Below the pieces are notes generated by a model. The model saw only the letters and a program-made list of their open reading frames with translations. It did no database searches and was not told where the DNA came from. Of a stretch of DNA of 64,000 nt, positions 12,768 through 25,919 are shown in pieces; the stretch's first letter is position 1, and every line of letters starts with the position of its first letter. The DNA comes from Carcharhinus amblyrhynchos (Eukaryota): positions 64,232,001-64,296,000 of the forward strand of contig OZ336879.1 of NCBI GenBank assembly GCA_965287045.1, written 5' to 3'. The position numbers and the translations under genes are program-made.

Positions 12768-13675
12768 ACAAGAACTAGGAACAGGTGTAGGCCATTCAGC
12801 CCTCTAAACCTGCTCCACCATTCAGAGAGATCATAGCTGATCTTGTACTTTACCACTTTCCTGCCCTATCCCCAAAGACCTTGATATTTAGAAATCTATT
12901 TATTGTTTTGGACATACTCAACTACTGAGCCTTTGCAACCCTGTGCAGGTGGAGAATTCCAAAGGCTCAACCACCCTGAGTGAAGAAATTCCTCCTTGCC
13001 TCAGTCCTAAATGACCTACTCCTATTTCCGAGACCATGTCCCTTGTTTCTAGACATCCCCAACCAAGGGAACACCCTGTCAAGTATTGGAAGGATTTTAT
13101 ATGTTTGAATGAGATCACTTCTTATTCCTCTAAACTCTGAGAGTAAAGGCCAGATCTGTTTAGTCATCCCTCAATGGACAATCCCTGGAATTAATTCATC
13201 AAATATTTGTTCCACTCCCTCAATCACAAGTATATATTTCCTTGGGCAAGGAGACCAAAACTGTATGCCATGCTCCAGGAGTGGTGTCACCCAGGCTCCA
13301 TATAATTGAATTAAGACATCTTTACTCCTATACTCTAATAAGGCCATCATACCATTTACTTTTTTAATTGTTTGTTGCATCTGCATGTTAGCTTTCAGAA
13401 ACTCATGAACAAGGACACCCAAGTCTTTTCATAGTGCAACATTTCCCAGCTTCTCACCATTTAAGAAAAACTCTTTCTACTACTAACATGGATAACCTCA
13501 GTTCTGCACATTGTATTCCATCTGCAAAAGTTTTGCCCATTCTTTTAGCCTCACCAGAATCCCTTGCAGCATATTTGCACTGAACTCACAACATGCACTT
13601 CTATCTCGTGTCCTCCGCAAACCTGGAAAAATTACCTTTAATTGCCACATCCAAATTACTAATATAAATTGTGAA
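12768..13675 (-). mobile_element. Degenerate CR1 LINE 3' portion
   Basis: Broken peptides KKVNGMMA..EYRSKDVLIQLY..QFWSP, SEFRGIRSDLIQTYKIL, FRTEARRNFFTQ; CR1 3' UTR near 12770-12870. Confidence 0.88.
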
Positions 13676-13689
13676 TTACAGGTATAATT

Positions 13690-14880
13690 TTCTCATCTTA
13701 ATTCCTGCCAAATGATGGGACCATTCAGGAGTTGGTAACCCAACTGCAACATTAACATCCCATTTCTGGGTTCTCCAGCCAATCAGGGAGGGTGACAAGT
13801 GATTTACTTTATCTGTTAAAGAATAGATTTCTAATTAAAGGGCCCCTGGCCTGTGTATCAGTGGTTCACCTATACATATATGTTTGAAGCAGCAGTAACC
13901 ACAGGAAATGGGGTTTGACATTTACCTGGAAGAGGTCCTGTTGGAGTGTCTGAGTGACTGCAGTGAGATGATCTATCTCAAACCAGTATGGGAAGGCACT
14001 CTAGTGACAAACTTTGATAATGCATGTTCACTGGGAAGGAAGTCTTGTTCCAGGAGGCTGCAAATCAGCAATGACCTGCCCTGAAAACCTGAGTGTCCTG
14101 AGGTACAGATGTTGCAGCTTGTTGAGAGATCTGATCCACTGCCTGTGAACTCTGCACTGAGGTTTTCACTGTTAATTTCACCACATAATGAATCAGAAGC
14201 CAGGTTTACTTCCAAGACTGCATACTGACTCTTCAATTCCCCCAGTACCCACTGTGAACATTTTTTTTTATACACTTGTAATGAAGCCCTAATACTTCCC
14301 CAATTGGGGACAGCTGCAGTTAATGATCAACTTAAAGCATGTACTCAATTACAGCAACTCCAATATTAACATTTACCTCTTCTGACTGGATCTCTGTGTC
14401 AGTCCCTTGGGCACTGTGGAGGGGGGCTATAGCAGAGGACAAGGCAGCTGGTGTTACTACTGCTGCTGAAGCAGTTGTTGGTGATGTGAATTCTGCTCTT
14501 TCCCTTCAGAGGCGCAGGGTGGAATTGCATGATAGCGGGGAAATGCAGCAGATGAATGCAGACCTGATGGGGTAAAGTTCCAACCAAGAAGTGAGCAATC
14601 ACTGTCAAGAAGTGATAGCACTCTCTGAGAGAAGAAGTACTTTGAGCAGCAGCCTGTCCTCTGGCCGTGACAGAAGCTCTTGGGCTTCACTGATCAAAGC
14701 ATTCCCAACTTGTCCGTTTCATTGAAAAAGCACACCCACTATGCACTTGCCTTGGAGACCCTTGACAGGTTGCTGACATCTTGGGGAAACAATTTGCTGG
14801 CAGTGAAAGGCAGCACCCTTGGTTAAGATGTGAAGTTAATGATCTATTTGAAATATTTAAATACCTGAGCTGACTGCCCC
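13690..14880 (-). mobile_element. Decayed PIF/Harbinger transposon (HARBI1-like nuclease N-terminal remnant)
   Basis: Minus-strand peptide ICSLLEQDFLPSEHAL; shares CCAAGAAGTGAGCAATCACTGTCAAGAAGTG (~14585) with the 62930-63480 element. Boundaries uncertain. Confidence 0.55.
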
Positions 14881-14905
14881 TAGGGGTTCTCTGTTCATGT
14901 TGAAA

Positions 14906-15065
14906 TGATGTGGGTATGCCGGCGTTGGACTGGCGTAAACACAGTAAAAAGTCTGACAACACCAGGTTTTAGTCCAACCGATTTATTTGATAATAGACTC
15001 ACAAGCTTTCGAGGTTTCCCTCTTCGTCAGGTGAATTCACCTGACAAAGAGGGAAACCTCGAAAG
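14906..15065 (-). mobile_element. Young Penelope-like fold-back insertion, copy 2
   Basis: Same terminus (GATGTGGGTATGCCGGCG..). Spacerless palindrome 15005-15066 centred on GTGAATTCAC with one mismatch. TSD CATGTTGAAA at 14896-14905 and 15066-15075. Confidence 0.85.
14997..15036 (-). ncRNA. Minimal type I hammerhead ribozyme motif, intact
   Basis: Minus strand ATTCAC-CTGACGA-A-GAGG(GAAA)CCTC-GAAA-GCTT-GTGAGT; helix I fully paired, including one G-U. Confidence 0.78.
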
Positions 15066-17444
15066 CATGTTGAAACCCACCCGGGTGAAACCCGGGAGAG
15101 TGCAGGATGATGTCAAATCCCAAATTGATGTTACTTTTTAGGGGGATTTAGTTTCCTTTTGACATCTCAATGTTTGCTTTTCATCATAACAGCCTTCTGA
15201 CTGTTGAGGGATTTTCTTTCTCCAAATTGGGACATAAGGCACATTGTGCACACTTCCATTGAATGCAGTGCCAGGTTAATTTGCCATCCTACATATTCAA
15301 ACGTATTTTTCATCTCTTTTAAATCATGTAAGAGATTTTTTTAAAAATCTGCCTTTCTCCCTGTGACACAGATCGTTCATAGTTGATCAGGGTGGTGAGT
15401 AACCTATTCTCAAGTTTAAGCTAATACACCTTGGAAAACCTAGCATGAGAGAAATGTCTTTCTGTCTTTAGGGTCTCTGCACAGCTCCTACTCCACCAGT
15501 AGGGCCAAGATCAGCAGGCAGTTCATTATATGGAAAGTCACCAGTGCAGGCCTATGCTTATTGACTCTGCTCTGGTGCAGCATCTCACAGCCTCTCTACT
15601 AAGTCTTTTAATGGATGGTGTAGAGACAGCAATCCAGTTGTATTAATTATTTATATTGTGAGGGCATGACATTACACCTTTTTCGTTGTTCATGGTTAAA
15701 AAAAAGTTGCAACCAAAAATTCGAGGGAGAGGATTTTCTTTCTGAATGTTAAAGTTTAGAATAATTTGATTCCAATTGTACAGAGGAGGCATTCAGTATT
15801 AAAAGGCCTCTAGGAAATGGTTGGCTGATTAATGGTTTATGATGGAAAGCAACTTAAAGAAAGCGAGAAAACACAAATAAAGGGATTTAAAGCAACAAAA
15901 AATTGCGGAGAAGATAACATTCCTTTTTAACTGTGTACCAGATGTAACTGTTGAATACTGTAGTTAAAAAGGAAACAGAACAACCATTATTCTGATTTGG
16001 CAAGCTGCAAAGTGGAAAATGTGAAAAGGTTTTGGGAAGCCTTTCAAAATATTGCATCTCTATTCCATTTGTATGTTAGAAAAGCAGGTACTCAGTTACC
16101 CAATACTTCAAAGAACTTCACCAGTCAGTCTTGCTTTCAGACTTAATATTTCTTACTGTGTAGCCAGTGGTGATGATTAGAAACTGAATGTTTACTACTG
16201 AGATTACCAGGATTTACCAATACTGCATTTCCATTAAAAAGTCACCAGGCAGATTATGCTCTTCAGGAATTGGAAAGCCTGTGTGTGCATTAATTATTAT
16301 CAGTTAAGAAAAGTAAACGGTCTTTGGGTTGCATAACAGCTTTTTCATCTCAAGCTTACTCCTGCTGCAGTATGGTGCAGAGGCAGTGATAAAGCTTAAA
16401 GTAGTTCATTGTTCACGTGTAAGCTTAGATATCAAATATCAGTGAGTTATCTGACCAACGAGCCAAGGCAGATCATGTCCTCCTTTGCGTGGTGACTTTT
16501 CAACAATAATCGTTAGATATTGATCAACAGGATTGAGGAACTTTGGTTCATTTGTTTCTCTCTTTATAAATGTTGAAGCCAATTGTAGTGATAAAAATTT
16601 GTGTACTATCTGTCTCCAGATAGAAATAGATGCCAGAGGTGGGAAGGTGTGTAAGACCACTGTTTTGCAGTATTTAAGTCCCAGTTCCGTTACTGTGTAG
16701 CTTCTTCCAGTTTACTCAAGATTTGCTCCAGCTGTGAGTGTAACATTAGTCTGTTGCTGAACTTCAATTCTAATGGGAGTCAAGTTTTAATATGCATGTC
16801 TCTGCATGAGTGATGCTAACCTTGCCCCCTGTCAGTTCTTCCAGGAAATATTCTTGTATATAGAGCTGAGTAGCTTGGATCCATTCTGACACACAGAATG
16901 ACTGATGTGAAAATGTTCCTGAGAAAATAAGATGCTGCAAGCACCTCTCTGATACTCTATCATTGATATGAAGGGAATGTCTGCAGATTTTAACGTCATT
17001 CTCACTGGGAATTATCTTTGTGGTTACTGAAGAAAAAAACATTTCACATTACTAAAATGGATTTACGTTTAGGAAGTTGTCATCCGACTGTTTAGTCTAT
17101 TCAGTCTCAATCCTAACGCTGTCTGTGTTTATGAGAAATTGTTTGCATCAGACTTCCTGTCTCATCCACATTACGAAAGATTCCAGCATATGTTCCACAT
17201 TGTGATTCCTTTCTTCCTTTAAAGCTATTACAGCTTTACTCTCCCTCACTGAGAATCATCACATTTCATACTTTGCTATTAGCAATACCCTTAAGTCATA
17301 TCTAATGGGATTATCCCCCAGATCTCCTGACTACCTGTACTTCCCAAGGAAGGTCAAGTTGAAGGCTCCTTCCCCTGGGATTTAGTGCACTTTCTTTGAG
17401 GAAATCTTGTTCACTAATGTTGCTTGCTACTTACAGATTTTGAG

Positions 17445-17730
17445 TATTGTTGAAAAAGAGACATGCTGTCAAAGCTTTTCATCTGGCACTCATGAGGATA
17501 GATGCAAGAATGCCAAATTTCAAAGGGAGCAACAATTTGTACTACATGAGAAAGGGATGCTGATTGGTTGATAGGTCAACTCTAGTTGACAGGCATTGTT
17601 AAAGAGGAGAATGTGCCAGGGAATTATTGTCCCACATGCTTTAGTCAATTCAAAATGGCTGCAATGCCTGGACTTGTTCCTTTTTCCTGTGGAGGACAGG
17701 TAACTGCAACAGAATATATGTAGTTTCTGG
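17445..17730 (-). mobile_element. Third-lineage Penelope-like terminal repeat with decayed hammerhead motif
   Basis: The minus strand at 17467-17499 reads ATC-CTCATGA-GTGCCAGAT-GAAA-AGCTTT-GACA, a one-off CTGATGA core with an AAGCTT palindrome. Confidence 0.45.
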
Positions 17731-18084
17731 CACAGCAAGAAGTCTCACAACACAAGGTTGGCAAGCATAAATGAGACACATTGAAAGTTAATGACTGATT
17801 AATGTTACATTCACACTTACATCTCGTGCAATTCTTCTATAGACCTGGGAATCAAGCTAATGTTAGACATTATATTCTAGAAGTCCTGTACTACCTGGTG
17901 GCTATTTACAGGTTTTCACTGGAAGTCTTATTAGGAGAAATAATAACATATTTGAAGTGCAGCATTCTATATATTGTCAACTGTCCTAAATTAACTCCTG
18001 TTAGAGATAAGGGAATGAGAAAGTAAAATATGACCTTATTGGAACATACAGGATGCTGAAAGGATATTCTCCCTTGTCTCCCAT

Positions 18085-18310
18085 TTAAGATAGATGAGAA
18101 TTTTTTTCTCTGTGGGTCATGAATTTTTGGACTTTCTTTCCAAGACAGCAGTGGTGACAGGGTTAAAAAATATTTATAGGGCAGTGTTCGGTAGAAGGGA
18201 GTCAAATATTATCAATGGTAGGTGGGAATATGGAGTTGAGACCACAATCAGGTCAGCCATGATAGTATTGAACGATGGAATATCCTTGAGAGACCAAATT
18301 GTCCTAGTTC
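18085..18310 (+). mobile_element. Degenerate CR1 3' end
   Basis: GATGAGAATTTTTTTCTCTG..GAATTTTTGGACT..ATCAGGTCAGCCATGAT..ATTGAACGATGGA. Confidence 0.7.
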
Positions 18311-18384
18311 GGATGTTTGAAAGGGTAGGGTGCGCTTGAGCTGTAGATTTATTGCTTCTGGGAGATGATTTTCAAAAAGGCATC

Positions 18385-18545
18385 AGGGGACCACATGGAT
18401 TGCACCTCTGTTTAATCGCTCATCAGAAAAACAGCACCTGTAACAATGCAGTAACTCAGTACTACACTGAAGCGTCAGCTTCAACAGGGCTTGACACGCA
18501 GCCTTCTGAATTGGAGATGAGAAAGCTCCCTTTTTGAACACTGGA
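18385..18545 (-). mobile_element. Deu-domain SINE (SacSINE1/AmnSINE-like), degenerate
   Basis: CTCTGTTTAATCGCTCATCAGAAAAACAGCACCTGTAACAATGCAGTAACTCAGTACTACACTG resembles the Deu domain in reverse orientation. Confidence 0.6.
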
Positions 18546-21039
18546 CAGACTATGCAGTGGACTTGCTCAAACATAAGAAACCTTTCCAGAAAGTCATCTT
18601 CAAGATTTCATAATGACTATGAATCCTGAGTTGATTTAATCAAGCATGTCATGAGTTGCAGAAAATAACACATATCCTCTGGTACAGGAGAGATACTTCT
18701 CTGACAACTTCAGCAGAAGCCCATTTGTTGATGATAAAGTTGTCAGAAAAATCTAGTCACCTTTCTACTGCTCCCAGGAAATCAGAAGATTTAATTTCAG
18801 TTCTTGACTTGGAGCAACTGTTAAGTCAGTGGTCAGGGAATGTAACCTGGAAATGATCAAATCCTCTGAAATTTGAGCAGGAAAGGAATGGCAGGAGCCA
18901 ATTTTGCTGCCATTGGCTGCAAGCCCCTGAATGTTCCAAGTGCAAAGCCAGTTCAGCCCACCCATGTGTTTGTGCTGTGCAGGGAAGTATAAGGACTGTA
19001 GTTTAGGTCAGCATTTACTCAATCCAGTGGGTGCACATTTTCAGTGGAGATGACGAATATGTAATTGGAGATGCATGGCTCATATATATGGTTTTGGTGA
19101 CCCATCCAGCCACTATTATACAATGTAAAAAGACCTTGAGAGAATCATTAGCATCCTCACAGGATTGTTCCCCAGTTTGCCAGGTGCAGGGTAACATTAA
19201 GGACACTTTAATATGTAGTAGCCAACGACTCTACCATCTCCAGAAGCATGTTTTCAGAAGTCTGGAAAGGAATTGGCCAAAAGAGCTATATGTATGCCAT
19301 TTACCAAATTCAAATGAAGATGCTTTGGCAGATGGTGGACGCTTCAAGCTATTGAGTGAATTCACTCAAACCTGTCTGATAACCTGCAAGTAAAATGATT
19401 CAGACTTTGGATTTGCATCGTTGTCCTGTGAATTTTCTGAAGTCCATTGGGAGGATATTGTAGTGAGGGATCCGTAATGTTGTGAGGCCCGTGATTGAAA
19501 ATCTTAGCTGCAGCCTCAATCTAGTGTGGGATGAAATGTCAGGGCTGAAATAAAGCTATAAAAACTGTCTAGGGATTGATGCATGTGTTTGAATGTGCTG
19601 CACAGACACACTTTGCAGTGTTTTTCCATTGCAATATTTTTTTACTGATCTGCAGCTCCCTGGGACAACTCTGCATTGTCTGTCTCCCTGACGGGGCCCA
19701 TTAGAACATCCTTCCACTCCCTCCCTTTTCTCTGCACCCACTTTGTTTCCCACTTCTCCCCTGGCAGCGCTGGATCTTTCCCAGTGTGTGTTTAACGTTG
19801 GCTACCCTATAAATAGTCAGACATTGCATGAAATTACGTTCAGGGCAGTTTGTGATTGGCTGTGCACTCTGTGCCTGCTTCCAGACCCTCCGAATGCGCG
19901 TGCCCAATTCAAGCCAAAGTCTTTCAGATTGGATAATAACAGATAGAACGTCCCAAACTGTCACTCTGTACAGAAAAACAGCAGCTTTTAAAAGTGGGAG
20001 CGTTTTTACGTTACTGCTATCTCCAGCTGACCAAACTCAGAATAACATGCCATTCTCATTCTGGCAAGTCCCTCAGCTCAGTGATTCGAGGAACTGGCGC
20101 CATGACTATGAGCAACATTGGCAGAATCTTGGAATCCATTGAAAGTGTTGTTTGAAGGCTGCAGCAGTGGTTATGGAATAGAAACTGGATTAGAGGAGTA
20201 GGAGCTAATAATAAGGTGTAATATCATTACCTCAGTGTTATATAAACAGCTTTTCTACAGATGACTAGTGCTGTGCTGACATAGAGCACCCTGAGTTTTA
20301 TTTTAACTCTTTTGATCTTGACCTCGTTATTGTTCAGGTTGTAGTTCATGTGCTTTTTGACACCCTGATTCCTGCTGTTTCCACCCACTTGGTGCATTAC
20401 CAACTACCACTACCAACCAACCAGAAGGCACTGCTGGCTGGAAGGATCACTTCAGCACGGCCCAGATTTAAATGTAAACCTCAGGATCTTTTCTCAATCA
20501 GTTGCTGAACGTCTCCTGAGAATACTGGGAACAAAAAGCAACCAATAGACTTATCAGCAGTCTGAAAGCCATGGTTGCAATAGGGATTTCACTCTGCGAC
20601 TATCGGAGAAAAGAATTGGAAATAACAGAAAGAAAATGGACGTTTATTTGAACAAAAAAATGCCCAAATGAAATTAAGCCTTGGATAAATAGATTTTGTT
20701 CAATTTTAAACCAGCTCATTGTCCATTTGTGAGCCTAAACTAGAGCCTAAACCATTTAGTGTTTGGGACATTTAATTGTGTAGCTCCTCAGATAAAAGAT
20801 GGAAGTGGAAACTACATGGTCCACCATATTTTGTCATGCAGTGTATTTCTAGAAACTTTGATATGCTGGCAGGCATGTACATATGAGTACAAAGCAGAGA
20901 GCTAGTGCATCTATCCCTTACTAAACGCATCCCTGACTCAAATACATCAGATTACTTTCCCTCTCTAAGTTGTTTCCTACCCCCACCCCATGTCCCAGAC
21001 AATCATAACTTTATTTCTGGCTTTATAGTCTGATAATAG

Positions 21040-21154
21040 AATAAAAGCAATATACTCTGGATGCTGAAAACCCAAAGTAAAACAGGTTGGGCAGTATCAG
21101 TGGAAAGGGAGGGAAACCAGAGTTAAGGTTTTAGGTCGATGACCTTGCATTAGA
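21040..21154 (-). mobile_element. Second-lineage hammerhead-type repeat end, degenerate
   Basis: Minus strand CTAATGC-A-AGGTC(ATC)GACCT-AAAA-CCTTAAC: helix II intact, core decayed. Confidence 0.5.
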
Positions 21155-22893
21155 GAAAGTTTAGAGAGAAGATCACTCTCTGTCTGGATTTTCCTCCAGG
21201 AAATTTTCTGATTTTGCAAATCTATTTTTGTTAAGGAAACCACTGCCTGTAATATTTCAGTTTTTGACATGAACTGGAGTTGGACCTGCTGCCTCCAGAG
21301 GCAGACCCAAGCTGGTAACAGAGGCGTGTAGATGGTGATGCTGCCCGGCCAGAAGACCCATCTTTGTTTACTGGAATAAACAACCAGCCCAGTTGTAGTC
21401 ATGACTCGTTTGTTTGGCCCTCAAGCCCTCCCCCCACTTATCCTCCACCCACTCCATGGCCCATGTGCAAGCTCTATTCTGTAGGTGATTTTTGCATCTT
21501 CAGGAGACTAAGAATTATGATTATCATAATCCCACACAAAATCCAACACATTTTATTGAATATTTTAAACAAAACTGTTTCAGTTAAGTCCCTCAGTTGG
21601 TCAATCCATGGTTACTTAGGAATGACCTTCCTGTTTGGTTCACAGGAACTACCCCTGTCATTATGTATCTTCTGTCTTCTTTTGGGAACAATTTATAAGT
21701 ATCTGTCACCTTCCTCCATGACTGTGAACCTATGAGCCATGCAGAATATAGTTTCTTAAAGAGCTCCCACACAAGCTGGATACAGATTAGTTTAGTTGGG
21801 TGCATGATTGGTTTATTAGTTTATTCCCAAATTATCTTCCATTGGTTTAGCCAAACAAGAACTAAAGTCCTGCTATGATTTTGATGAATTTCCACTGATT
21901 TCAACCCGTTTGCTGTGATTAACCATTCTATTCAATTCAATTTGTTCTCTCAAATTCAGCAATATCATTGCAATTTACAAGTATTGATGTAATTAGCAAG
22001 TATCACACCCATCAGGTTTCTACATAAGAGACTCCTCTGAACCCCTAGAGAGTATGTTACAATAGCAACTCCCACTATATAGAAAGAAACAATGAGCCAT
22101 TGACAAACCTGCAAGACTTCGAAATGCCCCTGAAATGACAATTAGAAAAACATATTTGAAAATCTGTTTTAAAAGAATATTCATCTGACAATGTCTTCAA
22201 AGCTGTCAATTAATCACAATCATTACCTGTTTCACACCTCTTGTATGTGAACAAACACAAAGACATTGAAAAACCACATCAAAGAAAGCTCAGGTAATTA
22301 CAAGGTAATCAATATGTCAATCAAACAAAGCTACTGCCTGCTGAGAGCTATTCTTGGAGTTCAGCCAAGCATTCAGAATGGGGCCAACTAGAAAAACATG
22401 TCTGATAATCTGTTTTTGTGGATGCAGTTGCCAGATGGCTTCCTAATGCTTCACTTGGAGATTCAATAATGGCTAATAACTTGCTGTTTCATTAAACTTT
22501 TCAATCCTTGTGTATTTATTTACACAAGATTAAGAGGTATGAAGCGGATAAAGCCTTTTGCCATTGATGCTACAAACAGCTGTGATTGATTAACAGCTTT
22601 GTGAATATAAATGGGACAATATATTTCAAAGGGAATGTTAAATAGCTGTTTTCCTTTTTGGATCCCAACTGAGAACTAAGGGTTCCCCATAGTTCACAAC
22701 TCTTCTGTGGAGCTTTGAACCATATTTGCTAACAGAATTGGCCCAATTCAATCAAAATTGTGGAAGCTTAGAAATGGTCACCTGTCTAATTGAGCCAAAA
22801 AGAGTCAGGGTACTGCATGTGGGCTAGTTACCTAGACCTTTTATCTGTGATGACAAAAATTGTCAGAAACATGAATGGGGTGGGAATCCTGGA

Positions 22894-23786
22894 ATAGGAA
22901 CATGGGAACATAGGAATTAGTAGCAGAATTAGGCAAATTCAGCCCTTCTTGCCTGCTCTGTCATTCAATCAGATCATGGCAAATCTTTCCCTGGTCTCAG
23001 ATCTACCTCCTCACCTGTTCCCCATATCCCATTTTCCCTTTTATAATCAGAAATATATCTATCTCCCTCTTGAAACCATTCAACAATTCAGACTCCACTG
23101 CATTATTGGGGAGTGAGTACCACAAATTTACCACTCTCTGTGAGTAGTTCCTCTTCATCTCAGTTTTAAATCTACCACCGTGCAACCTATGCCTGTGACT
23201 TAGATTGCCCCACAAAGAGAAACATTTCATCTACATTTATTTTATCAATCCCTTTTAAAATTTTATATACCTCAATCAGATCCCTTCTCATCCTTCTAAA
23301 CTCCAGCGAGTACAAGCCCAAACTGTTTAATCTCTCCTCATACATTAACCCCTTCATCCCCAGAATCAGTCTGGTGAACCTCCTCTGAACTGGCTTCAAC
23401 GTCACTATATCCTTCCTCAAATAAGGAAACCAAAACTGGACAATACTCCAGATATGATCTCACCAACACCCTATAGAATTGCAACAACCCTTCTCTTCAT
23501 TCATACGCCAATCCTTTTGCAATAAATGCCCACATCCCATTTCCCTTTTTTATTATGTGCTGCACCTGCATTCTGACACCCTCTGCCCGGACACATTTTG
23601 AACCTGCTTTCCATGTAGGTAATAATTTGCCTTTTTATTTTTTCTGCCAAAATAGATAACCTCACATGTATTCAAATTTTGGCTCATTCTCCCAGCCTAT
23701 CTACAGCCATCTGTTCTTTGAGGACATAATAAGCATGGTGGATAGTAGAAAGCCTACGGATGTGGTATATCTAGACTTCCAGAAGG
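22894..23786 (-). mobile_element. CR1 LINE 3' portion with an adjacent inverted RT segment
   Basis: Minus peptides RKDIVTLKPVQRRFTRLI..LYSLEFRRMRRDLIEVYKIL and GGRFKTEMKRNYSQRVVNLW. Plus-strand 23714-23786 encodes FFEDIISMVDSRKPTDVVYLDFQK. Confidence 0.88.
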
Positions 23787-24789
23787 AATTGGTCTAACTG
23801 ACCATTTTTAAAAGGTCTCCCAGATTGACTCAACTTCACAAAAATCCAGTCACTGTTTCTGTTTCCACAGCTGCTGCCAGTCCTGCTGATTATAGCGTAC
23901 CTTGTTTGTCTGTTTATTCCTGAAATTCAGAACAACTGAAAGCATTATTGCTGGCCTTTTAAATTTTTAATGAACATTCATATGAAGACACCTTTGACAG
24001 GAAAGGATTAAACTTATTCATAAAAAGCAGTGTTACTCTTTAAACGCCTTCCCACAATTTTTCAGTGAGCTGGATTCCCCATGGGGTGGAGTTTAAACAT
24101 GACAATATTGTTTGACTAGAAAGGTTATTTTCCCTCTTTGGTGAAACTTACTTACCAGCTGCAACATATTTTCTCTCTCCTTTTCACCCTCCAGTTATTG
24201 TTTGAACGACTTATCCAGAAGACTTTGAGTTACAGAGATAAATAAACGTGTAATTTCTCCACCTATCAGCACACCCTAGGCTGGCCTAAATGTATCTCTT
24301 ACTCCCTGACCAATTGGGATTTGGGTCTGGGATCTCCCCATGATTTGCTTTAAGATGATTTGACAGGAATGTTGGAATATTACTGAGTACTCTGCGGGTA
24401 AATGCAAATTTGACATTTACTAAGGCTTTCCAGCAGCTGTTTGGCTTTCTGGGTGGAATTTAAGATTGACAATTTTGGGAAAAGCTGATGCAAATCTTAA
24501 AGACACTGTAATGAGTTGTCTTATCTTGTGTGGCTTTAAGCCAAACTATTTAAAAAAGAATCAAATCTACTTAATGAGAAATACTTATCAACTGACCGTT
24601 GGAATGAAAAACTCATATTGACAGATTGGCACCCATTGTGGAAACTGCCAAATTTTCCTTTCTATTTTTGTTACTCCATCCACCATCTGATCTGTTTTTC
24701 TTTATCTTTCCTATACAGCTTGTCCCTTTTGAGCCTTTCTTTCTACATCCTCATTGAATTATTTCCCTTTTGGCAAATTAGCTTTAAAA

Positions 24790-25900
24790 ATTTAAGAAGT
24801 AGGAGCAGCAGTAAACCATTTGACCCATTTTGCTTGCTCTGCCATTCAGTAGTATACTGACTGATCTTATTGTGGCTGTAACTCCACTTTCTGTCTGTCT
24901 CCCCCTCAAAGCCCCAACTCCCTTGTGGATCAAACATCGGTCTAACTCCACCTTGAGTGTATTCAATAGGCCAGCCTCCACTGCTCTTTGTGAAAAAGAA
25001 TTCCAAAAACTAACGCTGTCCTTAGAGGAGAAATTTCTCCTCATTTCTATTTTAAGTAGGAGGCTCTGTATTTTTAAAATGGTGTCCCTAGAGGACAACT
25101 ATCCTCTCAGTATCTACCCTGGCAAGCACCCTTAGAATCTTACGATCACCTCTGAATCTTCTAAATTCTAATGAATATAGGCCCAACCTGCTCAACATTT
25201 CCTGGGATTGCATTGCGATTTTCTAAATTTCCCGTTTGTATCCCCTCAATAATGGAATCTAGCATTTCCCAATGACCTTTGTTGGGCTAAACTGACCTAT
25301 AATTTCTTGCTTTCTGTTTCTATCCTTTCTGGAATATATTGTCTCATTTGTAGTTTTCCAATCTGCTGGGTCCTTTTCAGAATCTTGGGAATTTTGGAAG
25401 TTTGTATACTTGCAGCAAAGCCTTATCCATTCCAAGTTCCCAAATGTCCCCTCCTGTGAATCATCTCTGCCCTTCGCCAACTGTTTAATTACAGCCCTAG
25501 TTATAATGTTAGGAACTGGTCCCAACATGTTTCAAATGAAGGCTGTCCCAATGGTGCAGCTTCCTCTTTCCTCAGTACTGGGTGCCAATGTTCCATGAAT
25601 CAAAACCCACTAACCTTTTGAGCCAGACATTGGCTTTCTGATCTACGGGAAGTCTTTCCATGCCTCCTCTGACCAAACCCCTCGAGAATTTTCTCTTGCC
25701 TTTTTCTTCACCAAGGACAAGAGTCTTAGTTTTTCCAATCTTTCTACATAAATGAATTTCCCCATCCCTGGAACCATTCTTGTGAATCTTTTCTGCCTTC
25801 AGATAGGTGTGGCCAAGGATATTGTATACTTTATTAATGCTCTCTCAACCTGTCCAGCACATATACATCCAGGTCCCGCTGCCTCTATGCCCTGCTTTAC
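24790..25900 (-). mobile_element. Degenerate CR1 fragments
   Basis: KIEMRRNFSS..FWNSFSQRAVEAGLLN and KDPADWKTTNET peptides; 3' UTR near 24790-24890. Confidence 0.75.
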
Positions 25901-25919
25901 AATATATTCTTGATTGTAT

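Noticed and set aside
19031-19393. 120-aa ORF
   Set aside because: No homology recognised; the length is compatible with chance.
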